From contig NZ_LT934425.1 of NCBI RefSeq assembly GCF_900232105.1, positions 300,001-332,000 on the forward strand: 32,000 nucleotides of DNA, read 5' to 3'. The position numbers were made by a program, and so were the translations under genes. Of this stretch, positions 16,988-24,836 are shown piece after piece (within the stretch, counting starts at the first letter, position 1; the number at the start of each line of letters is the position of its first letter). Under the pieces are notes generated by a model, which was not told where the DNA came from, did no database searches, and saw only the letters and a list, made by a program, of their open reading frames with translations. The DNA comes from Candidatus Kuenenia stuttgartensis (lineage in GTDB: Bacteria > Planctomycetota > Brocadiia > Brocadiales > Brocadiaceae).

Positions 16988-17347
16988 TTACTTGTTTTCT
17001 AATAATTCTTTTATCTTATTTTTCAATTCTTGAAGATCAGAGGATTTTCTTATGTACGCATCGGCTGACCAGGACAAAAAACTTACCTTATAACAACTAA
17101 ACGCCGTGTTAATAATGATTGGTATTTTCCTGTGTTTGCTTAAAATTTTCCCCATAGCTTCGAGTCCATCCATTTTTGGCATAATAATGTCCATGACTAT
17201 TATGTCCGGCAAATAATCATTTACCACTTTTATGCCTTCTACGCCGTTCCTTGCGGTGATAACATTATACCCCTCGCTTTCCAATTCCTGTTTATACAGT
17301 AATAGTTGGTTTTTATCATCTTTTACTACAAGAATGGTTTTCATCAT
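16988..17347 (-). CDS. Stand-alone CheY-like response regulator receiver domain
   Basis: 119 aa. MMKTILVVKDDKNQ...PDIIVMDIIMPKMDGLE...PIIINTA...K gives the acidic pocket, the phospho-acceptor Asp and the conserved Thr/Lys pattern. There is no output domain. Confidence 0.88.
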   Translation of the reverse strand: MMKTILVVKDDKNQLLLYKQELESEGYNVITARNGVEGIKVVNDYLPDIIVMDIIMPKMDGLEAMGKILSKHRKIPIIINTAFSCYKVSFLSWSADAYIRKSSDLQELKNKIKELLENK

Positions 17348-17414
17348 GTATCTCTTAACTAACTTATAATTATCTACTTCATCTGCACAATCTTTAATAT
17401 TAAATATCTCAAAT

Positions 17415-17528
17415 TTATAAGGCTATCGGCATCCGATGTACAAATGTGGATGCCCTTGATACCATGGGGAAAAACACAACGATTGCACCTAAAATGCTTA
17501 ACATTGATAGATGTTTTTTTGTTAACAT
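17415..17528 (-). pseudogene. Orphan copy of the RBS plus signal-peptide region of the octahaem cytochrome gene (37 codons, then a stop)
   Basis: Hand translation MLTKKHLSMLSILGAIVVFFPMVSRASTFVHRMPIAL(stop), against the cytochrome N-terminus MLIRKHLSMLSVLIAIVVSFPMVSGASAFVYQMTPMAL. The DNA aligns over ~115 bp with 24655-24769 at roughly 80% identity by eye. Confidence 0.7.
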
Positions 17529-18214
17529 AAAACATCTCCTTTGGGAAATTTATAAACGACACAATTGTTTTACACATTGTAAAACTATCACAAGTTTTAT
17601 GCAGTGTCAAATATAATTTTATAATTGGAAAATAGTTTTAAATAAATTTTAATACACGAGGCAGGTTATTGTCTGTATGGTATTAACTTCCCGAATATAG
17701 CGTCATTAATATCTATGCAACAAGGTCTTCCTGGCAGAAGACATATACACAAACACAAATTTACTGATTTGAAATAAGCACAAATTAATTGTTGCAAAAT
17801 ATTTGATAAATGCATCAATTAATTTGATCTTCACATGTATAAGGAATTTCAATTCTTTCGTTATGTTTTAAAACACTCTACAGGAAATCCCTTTTAAGTA
17901 TGATATATGTTATCGTTTAGATGAAGGTTAATACAAAGGCCAATCCAGTGAATTTTTAATAGCCATGCAAAACGTTGTTTTAAGAAACAAGGCTATTGTT
18001 TTTATTGTATCGAACCTAAAGTAAATACTGCTTTTTAAAACATATTTTAGCAGCTTTTTTGTTCAGAGATTTTTCTATTTCTTTCAATTCCTTATCTCTC
18101 TAAAGAATAAAATTGTTTAAATCTGTTATTGAATTTCCTATGCTACACAAGACAACAGAGGCTGGAATAATAAGCAACTTCATGATACCTATTATTATTC
18201 TTTATTTTTTAAAT

Positions 18215-18430
18215 TTAAGATACTTCATCTATTTTGTATTCATCGGTTAGGCCAATGATGAGTAATATATTCCGTTGCTTCCTGAACATGCAGTTCACGG
18301 GTACCCCCCCTCCTGTACGATGACAAAATTTTACATCATTACATTCCCGGTAATATACAGGTCGCGAAGAAGGTTCAATAATGATATGACAAATTTCTTT
18401 AGCCTCTAAGATGTGATGTATATTCACCAT
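18215..18430 (-). CDS. Hypothetical small protein (71 aa) tightly coupled to glgX
   Basis: ATG 18430 lies 1 nt after the glgX TGA (18432-18434). The sequence is MVNIHHILEAKEICHIIIEPSSRPVYYRECNDVKFCHRTGGGVPVNCMFRKQRNILLIIGLTDEYKIDEVS. I recognise no family. Confidence 0.4.
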   Translation of the reverse strand: MVNIHHILEAKEICHIIIEPSSRPVYYRECNDVKFCHRTGGGVPVNCMFRKQRNILLIIGLTDEYKIDEVS

Positions 18431-18431
18431 T

Positions 18432-20600
18432 TCAGGCAAGAGGCGATGACCTCCTTTCCTCAACTAATTGAAGCAATACAAGGGATCGTGCTTCAAGGCT
18501 GTAAAGTTCTCCACCCTTCATTAGTTGTATGCTTCTCTTTCCCGTTGCTTCCCGCGTGTCTATAAGTGTCTTCCACTGTATTTTTGGATTATGCGCCGGC
18601 AAAACGAAAGAGATAGATTCATGATGAACGTTCATTAAAATCAACAGTGTGTCATCTACAATTTGTTTTCCACGTTCATCAACTTCTTCTATTGCATAAC
18701 CGGCCAGGCAGAGCGCTAAAGAGTGGGTACTAGGATTATTCCAGTCCTCATCGGTCATTTCCTTCCCATCAGGCCGGAACCATGTAAGGTCTTTTACCTC
18801 TGAGCCGGTAATCTTTCGTCCCTGAAAAAAGTGCCGCCGCCTCATGACAGGATGTTGATGGCGTAGTTGAGTTAGGAGACGGGTGAATTCCAGGAGTTCC
18901 TGCCGCGGTTTATCCAGATCCCAGTCTATCCATGAAATCTCATTGTCCTGACAATATGCATTATTGTTACCCTTTTGGGTACGGCCTATTTCATCTCCTG
19001 CCAGCAACATGGGTACCCCCTGTGATAGTATAAGGGTGGCAATAAAATTGCGTTTTTGCCGCTCTCGTAATTTTGCGACTTCCTGGTTGTCGGTTGGTCC
19101 TTCTATTCCACAATTCCAGCTCAGGTTGTAATCTGTTCCATCCTTGTTTCCCTCTCCGTTAGCCTCATTATGCTTTTCATTATAACTAACGAGGTCGTGA
19201 AGACAGAATCCATCGTGTGCCGTTATAAAGTTTATGCTGGCATATGGCCTTCGGCCTCCGTGCTCGTAAAGATCACTGCTCCCTGTCAGACGATAGGCAA
19301 GATTCCCTGCTACACCTTTATCACCATGCCAGAATTGTCTCACCGTATCACGATATTTTCCGTTCCATTCCGTCCAGAGGATGGGAAAATTTCCTACCTG
19401 GTAACCTCCTGGCCCCAGGTCCCATGGTTCGGCAATAAGTTTGACTTGCGACAACACCGGGTCCTGATGGATTATATCGAAGAAGGCGCCAAGCCGGTCT
19501 ACTTCATGAAGCTCGCGTGCCAGGGCAGACGCCATGTCAAAACGGAACCCGTCAACGTGCATTTCCAGCACCCAATACCGTAAGCTGTCCATAATAAGTT
19601 GAAGTACACGCGGGTGTATCATATTCGGCATATTTCCGCATCCTGTGTAATCCACATAATAGCGCTTGTTGTCTGATGCAAGGTGGTAATAATTGGCGTT
19701 GTCTATTCCGCGAAAAGAAAGAGTTGGCCCCAGATGATTTCCTTCAGCAGTATGATTGTATACCACATCGAGAATGACCTCTATACCTTCGCGGTGGAAG
19801 GTTTTAACCATGGTCTTAAACTCATTAACCTGCTCTCCCATTATACCGGAACCGGAATAACGCGCCGCCGGAGCGAAAAATCCTATAGAATTGTAACCCC
19901 AGTAATTAGAAAGACCGCGTCCGATGAGATCTTTTTCATCCACGAAATGGTGTACCGGCATTAATTCAACTGCGGTAATTTTCAGTGAATGAAGGTAATC
20001 TATTACCGCATGGCATGTCAGGCCGGCATACGTCCCTTGCAGTTCTTTTGGTACACCAGGATGTTGTTTCGTAAAGCCTTTCACATGCAGCTCATAAATC
20101 AGGGTCTTATGCCATGGAGTGCCAGGGGACACATCATCTCCCCATGTAAATGCGGGATCAACGACAACACACCTGGGGATATTAGGCGCACTGTCTCCAT
20201 CGTCTTTGGAAAGATCAGCTTCCTTGTGCCCCGGTGTATAGCCAAACAGCGCATCACTCCAGCAGATGGTTCCAGAGATCGCCTTGGCGTATGGATCCAG
20301 TAAAAGTTTGGCCGGATTAAACCTGTGACCTGACTTAGGTTCATAGGGACCATAAACACGGTATCCATAAAGTTGACCCGGGCGCACTGTGGGTAGATAG
20401 GTATGCCAGACCTGATCGGTGTGATGAGCCATCCGGATACGGGCTACTTCATGATTTCCGTCCTGTCCATCGAATAGACACAATTCCACACCCGTGGCAT
20501 TCTCTGAGAAGAGCGAGAAGTTAACCCCCGCTCCATCCCAGGTAGCGCCAAGCGGATACGCTTTACCTGGCCATTCAGTCATATGTGTAATTTCGTTCAT
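18432..20600 (-). CDS. glgX: Glycogen debranching enzyme GlgX (GH13 isoamylase-type)
   Basis: 722 aa. The N-terminus is PGKAYPLGATWDGAGVNFSLFSENATGVELCLFD. GH13 catalytic regions are present: DVVYNHT, GFRFDMAS, EPWD, FITAHDGF. Confidence 0.93.
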   Translation of the reverse strand: MNEITHMTEWPGKAYPLGATWDGAGVNFSLFSENATGVELCLFDGQDGNHEVARIRMAHHTDQVWHTYLPTVRPGQLYGYRVYGPYEPKSGHRFNPAKLLLDPYAKAISGTICWSDALFGYTPGHKEADLSKDDGDSAPNIPRCVVVDPAFTWGDDVSPGTPWHKTLIYELHVKGFTKQHPGVPKELQGTYAGLTCHAVIDYLHSLKITAVELMPVHHFVDEKDLIGRGLSNYWGYNSIGFFAPAARYSGSGIMGEQVNEFKTMVKTFHREGIEVILDVVYNHTAEGNHLGPTLSFRGIDNANYYHLASDNKRYYVDYTGCGNMPNMIHPRVLQLIMDSLRYWVLEMHVDGFRFDMASALARELHEVDRLGAFFDIIHQDPVLSQVKLIAEPWDLGPGGYQVGNFPILWTEWNGKYRDTVRQFWHGDKGVAGNLAYRLTGSSDLYEHGGRRPYASINFITAHDGFCLHDLVSYNEKHNEANGEGNKDGTDYNLSWNCGIEGPTDNQEVAKLRERQKRNFIATLILSQGVPMLLAGDEIGRTQKGNNNAYCQDNEISWIDWDLDKPRQELLEFTRLLTQLRHQHPVMRRRHFFQGRKITGSEVKDLTWFRPDGKEMTDEDWNNPSTHSLALCLAGYAIEEVDERGKQIVDDTLLILMNVHHESISFVLPAHNPKIQWKTLIDTREATGKRSIQLMKGGELYSLEARSLVLLQLVEERRSSPLA

Positions 20601-20703
20601 AGCTTATATTCTCAGAAACTAACCATGTTATTCCACTGGCCGAACAAAGGGCGCCAATGCTCCTCTGGGCTTATACCTGGTTCTTACAGTATGTAAATAC
20701 TTT

Positions 20704-22323
20704 TTATTTAAAACCTTTGGGTACTTTTATATTAATATTTTCAGAGACGCTAATCCCCTTGAATTCCTTTTCGATTTCTAAAAAAGCATCCACAATATCG
20801 GGATCGAAGTGCTCGCCGCTATCAGACTCTATACGTTTAACTGTCTCTTCGTGTGATAAGGGTTCTTTATAAGTCCTTTTTGATCTCATTGCATCATAGA
20901 CATCGCACACAGCAAAGATCCTTGCCTCCAGAGGAATTTGCAGCCCCTTTAAGCCTTCCGGGTATCCTTTACCATTATATTTTTCATGATGATACGCACA
21001 GATGTTTCTGCCCAGAATAAGAAACGATTGCTTCAGTTTGAATGTATCAATAGCATCCTGAAGTACCTGTTTCCCTATACGGGGGTGTTCCGCCATTTCT
21101 TTGTATTCTTCGTCCGATAGCATTGTTTTTTTCAATAAGATGGCATCCCGTATTCCCACTTTTCCTATGTCATGTAAGGATGCTGCATCATACAGGTCTT
21201 CAAGAAATTCGTTCTTGAGTATTTTCCGGTACTTTTTTTTCTTTCGCAACTGCCTTGCAAGTATTATGGTATAATTTCTTGTCCTTTCTAAATGATCCCC
21301 TGTTTCCTGGTCTCTGATTTCGGTAAGTCTTACCAGAGAAAATATAATAGCCTTCTGCGCCTCTATCAACGCCCAGAATCTTGAGAAATTTATATAGCCA
21401 ATAACCAATATAAGACAAATAAATAATGCCAGGAGCAGGACGGAGACCCATATCAATCGTTGTAAACCTGCCTTTAGTAAAGGATGGCTGTGGAACATAG
21501 CCACTATGAATCTCTTACCTGGAAGGAACTCCACCGTTGCATAGTGGATAGTTTCTACATCCGAAAGATATAACCACCCGGAACTATCATGGAAAATATA
21601 ATCCGACGTAGCAAAGTTAACAGATCCGTCCTGTTTTAAAGATATGATATTTCCTTCTTCAGTTTGAATAAACATATTTTTAGGGAGGACTTCAAGCACT
21701 TCTGAAAAAGATATGTCTAAAATCAAAATCCCATTTTTCTCGTTTTCAGAATTAAACAGAGGGGTCGCAAAACTTATCACCGAAATGCACGGGCCATCCG
21801 CCTTTTCCTGATCAATAGTTACACCTATTGGTGACGAACACATTTGATCCTTGTCGAGCTTCATAGTTTCTTGAAAATGGGGATGATGCCTGTGGTCTCG
21901 CAGATCAGAGTCAGGAACAATAATGGTTGTATCATCCTGATGTTTATTGATCCTGACAATCTCATGTCCTGAAGCATCGATAATTTTGATTTGAGAATAT
22001 TTTTTATATACCCTTGCAAAGTCGCGGAATATTTTCTCCTCAATTTTTTTATAATGGCTGGATTCAAAATCACTATCTGCGTAATCCTTAGTATTTGGCA
22101 AATCTCTGAGAAATAGCAAATTCTGTGCAGACCAGGAAAAATATTCTTCGATTATTTTCTTGCCTGAAACCAATTGTGCAGTGGTTTTCCCGTGTTGCCA
22201 TTTTGCCTCTCTTTCATATATCTGACTGCTACCAACATATAGAACTGTCCCAAAAAGTATAAAGAGAAGGATGGTAATTGATAAAAACATCACGTTTTGT
22301 TTTATGACATTCCTATTCAACAT
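20704..22323 (-). CDS. Membrane-anchored HD-GYP domain phosphodiesterase with a periplasmic sensor domain
   Basis: 539 aa with an N-terminal TM helix, a ~270-aa extracytoplasmic region and a second TM helix. The HD-GYP signature is LHDIGKVGI...HHEKYNGKGYPEGLKG. Confidence 0.88.
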   Translation of the reverse strand: MLNRNVIKQNVMFLSITILLFILFGTVLYVGSSQIYEREAKWQHGKTTAQLVSGKKIIEEYFSWSAQNLLFLRDLPNTKDYADSDFESSHYKKIEEKIFRDFARVYKKYSQIKIIDASGHEIVRINKHQDDTTIIVPDSDLRDHRHHPHFQETMKLDKDQMCSSPIGVTIDQEKADGPCISVISFATPLFNSENEKNGILILDISFSEVLEVLPKNMFIQTEEGNIISLKQDGSVNFATSDYIFHDSSGWLYLSDVETIHYATVEFLPGKRFIVAMFHSHPLLKAGLQRLIWVSVLLLALFICLILVIGYINFSRFWALIEAQKAIIFSLVRLTEIRDQETGDHLERTRNYTIILARQLRKKKKYRKILKNEFLEDLYDAASLHDIGKVGIRDAILLKKTMLSDEEYKEMAEHPRIGKQVLQDAIDTFKLKQSFLILGRNICAYHHEKYNGKGYPEGLKGLQIPLEARIFAVCDVYDAMRSKRTYKEPLSHEETVKRIESDSGEHFDPDIVDAFLEIEKEFKGISVSENINIKVPKGFK

Positions 22324-22449
22324 AATATATCTTGATTATTTGTTTGTTTCCTTTCTGAGATTACCATCATTTTGTTTCCACTGTTTCCCGACTCATATTT
22401 TTGCACTGCACAGTAAGACTTTCATACATTAAACTATTATCACAAAATA

Positions 22450-22677
22450 TTACTGTTCGTGCTTATGGCCGTAATGATGGTTATGCCCATCGTTATGGTG
22501 GTTTACTTCCATTTTTGCCAAATCCATCCCACACACAGGACATTTTCCAGGCTCATCGCTTTTACTGCCTTCATGTTTCATGTGGCAAAGATAACTATCC
22601 TCTATGCCATGTTCTGCCTCCATATATTCATAATTTTCATGGGCAGTTTCTGCACTGTGATGATGATCATGACTCAT
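22450..22677 (-). CDS. His-rich 75-aa protein with a central HMBD motif and no signal peptide
   Basis: MSHDHHHSAETAHENYEYMEAEHGIEDSYLCHMKHEGSKSDEPGKCPVCGMDLAKMEVNHHNDGHNHHYGHKHEQ. There are 16 His in 75 residues. GGGGAAG is a plausible SD about 5 nt upstream. Confidence 0.7.
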   Translation of the reverse strand: MSHDHHHSAETAHENYEYMEAEHGIEDSYLCHMKHEGSKSDEPGKCPVCGMDLAKMEVNHHNDGHNHHYGHKHEQ

Positions 22678-22800
22678 GTGCTTCCCCTGTTCCCGGAGTG
22701 ATTGTACATAGGCATAAACTATTATTATATAGTACAGTGTGTATGGTAATATGAGACATTACCTAGTATAGCGTTTCATTAAAATATCTACATTGATACC

Positions 22801-22880
22801 GTCATTGCGAGCGACAGCGAAGCAATCTTAAGTCTTTTGGGAACAAGAGATTGCTTCGTCACGCCACTCCCCGCAATGAC
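22801..22880. repeat. REP-like long hairpin (gtcattgcg...gaagcaatct arms) followed by a T-run
   Basis: gtcattgcgagcgacagcgaagcaatct (22801-22828) pairs with agattgcttcgtcacgccactccccgcaatgac (22848-22880): the outer 9 bp and inner 10 bp pair, with an internal bulge. It is followed by attttttttc on the plus strand. Confidence 0.8.
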
Positions 22881-22915
22881 ATTTTTTTTCGTACACCTTT
22901 TAGCGAAACGATTTA

Positions 22916-24769
22916 CTAGTCTTTTTCCTCCCACTCATACCAACGTTCCACTCCATAATCTGTATCAGTTGAATGACAACCGGCACAGGAATTTGTAATC
23001 ACGGTACCAGAACTGTTTTGAATACCGTTAGCCGTATTATTATCAGCCATCGCTTTGCTGGCGTATGGTTTGATAATATCAAAGACATGAGAAGATATGT
23101 CATTATTTACTGCGCTCTTTGCAGTTTTTGGCATATGACAACCTGTACAAAGGCTTCCACCAGGGCTGGAAGAACTGAATTCATGTTTTGCATGTCTGTT
23201 TTGTACTTCACCATCTTTCTCAATGGTCTCCGCAAAATCATCATGGCATGTAATGCAGATCTTATTATTGTCACTTCTCTTGCGTAATTGAGGTGTGCCT
23301 GCCTCGCCCGTAACGTGAGGTTCATGACACTGATAACATTTCTGTCCTGCATAGTTGTAATGATGACTCTTAATGAAATCCTGATATTGTTGACGATGTT
23401 TCTTGGAATGGTTATTCTCTGAGGCATTCTCACCTAAAGAACCGGCGTCATTATCATTCCAATAACCAGCCGTTGGATTGCCGTCGGCGTCTGTTTCCTC
23501 TATATAGTCCGCCAGTACCTTACCTGGTATAAATGGTGTAATCTCATCGCCATTGATAATAGAGGGATATTCTGTCTCAAAGTCGGCGCTATTTTCACCG
23601 TCCTTGTTTTTTACACGAACGTGACATTGCCCGCAAACTTCATTGCCACGATCTGAGGCCAGGTATTTCGGGTTAACGATATGCCTGGCTTTTCCACCTC
23701 CTTCAGATACGTGTAATTCGCCAGGCCCGTGACAGCTTTCACACGATATGCCCAGTTCCTTTGAATTAGAAACAAATTCTCCGTTGACATTTTGTGTAAT
23801 ATCCAATCCCGTTACGTGACAGCCCTCGCAATTCTGTTCAAAAGATTTTTCTTTATTCGGAGGAGTATCTTCGTCTGTTGTTATTAACGTGCCGTCATTG
23901 TTATACCATGTGCTTGCTTCGTAAGAAACCCAGGCTGCATCGGGATTACTTTGGTCTGCATTTCTATTATTATATTGTATGGGCAATATATAATGACTAT
24001 CTCCTGTTTTTACGTGATACCTCTGTTTTCCTGCAAAGGAAACGCCTCCATGAGTTCTGACTACGGTATATGTGACGGAAATAGCCTCATTGGTCAAATC
24101 ATAGAGGGTGACTTTATAGTCGCCTCCACTGATAAATGCCCTGAAGGCAACTTTGCCATCATCCGTGGTCATAAAATTTCCACTGAATGGAGCAACAACT
24201 GTATCAGATGCCGGCGTCTGGATGGTTTTTGCGTGAGCCGTTTCCTGCCAATCCTTATTGTCAGGATGGCAGCCCAGGCATACCGTACTCCCTACATATT
24301 CAGAGTCCGGGTGGGACGAGGAAGAAAGTTTTATTTTAACACTCTTTTTCTTCCCTGATTTTACCTTTACACTAAATTTATCATTGGGTAAATAAAACTC
24401 ATCAGATAAAGGTGTAGCTCTGACAATGTATTTACCGGGCGCAAGGTTTTTAATCTTAAACTTTCCCTTTTTGTTTGTGGTAGCCATGTCCTCAAAGGCT
24501 GACCCGTAAGCCGTTTCCTCTGTAAGTGTCTGGATGCTGATCGTTATATCTGTTAAAGGTTGCCCGTCGGTACTGGTTACCTTGCCAACTATTTTTCCTG
24601 TTTCTTTAGACGTGCTTTTTTGTAGAAAAATGCTATTTGAGCCGTTTGCCGAAGACAAAGCCATCGGCGTCATCTGATATACAAAAGCGGATGCCCCTGA
24701 TACCATTGGGAAAGACACAACAATGGCAATTAAAACACTTAGCATTGATAGATGTTTTCTTATTAACAT
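22916..24769 (-). CDS. Octahaem c-type cytochrome with an N-terminal CarboxypepD_reg-like beta-sandwich domain, secreted
   Basis: 617 aa with a signal peptide. Eight CxxCH motifs: CLGCH, CEGCH, CESCH, CGQCH, CYQCH, CITCH, CTGCH, CAGCH. The N-terminal GKIVGKVTSTDGQPLTDITISIQ...KGKFKIKNLAPGKYIVRATP pattern fits the beta-sandwich domain. Confidence 0.9.
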   Translation of the reverse strand: MLIRKHLSMLSVLIAIVVSFPMVSGASAFVYQMTPMALSSANGSNSIFLQKSTSKETGKIVGKVTSTDGQPLTDITISIQTLTEETAYGSAFEDMATTNKKGKFKIKNLAPGKYIVRATPLSDEFYLPNDKFSVKVKSGKKKSVKIKLSSSSHPDSEYVGSTVCLGCHPDNKDWQETAHAKTIQTPASDTVVAPFSGNFMTTDDGKVAFRAFISGGDYKVTLYDLTNEAISVTYTVVRTHGGVSFAGKQRYHVKTGDSHYILPIQYNNRNADQSNPDAAWVSYEASTWYNNDGTLITTDEDTPPNKEKSFEQNCEGCHVTGLDITQNVNGEFVSNSKELGISCESCHGPGELHVSEGGGKARHIVNPKYLASDRGNEVCGQCHVRVKNKDGENSADFETEYPSIINGDEITPFIPGKVLADYIEETDADGNPTAGYWNDNDAGSLGENASENNHSKKHRQQYQDFIKSHHYNYAGQKCYQCHEPHVTGEAGTPQLRKRSDNNKICITCHDDFAETIEKDGEVQNRHAKHEFSSSSPGGSLCTGCHMPKTAKSAVNNDISSHVFDIIKPYASKAMADNNTANGIQNSSGTVITNSCAGCHSTDTDYGVERWYEWEEKD

Positions 24770-24836
24770 AAAAACCCTCCTCCATTGCTTTTACATAACG
24801 CAGAAGCAATCTTTAAATAATATATTCTGGAATAAT

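Noticed and set aside
17374-17610. 78-aa minus-strand ORF upstream of the receiver gene
   Set aside because: A different frame of the same DNA reproduces the cytochrome signal peptide, which explains the sequence better. The 78-aa frame has no motifs.
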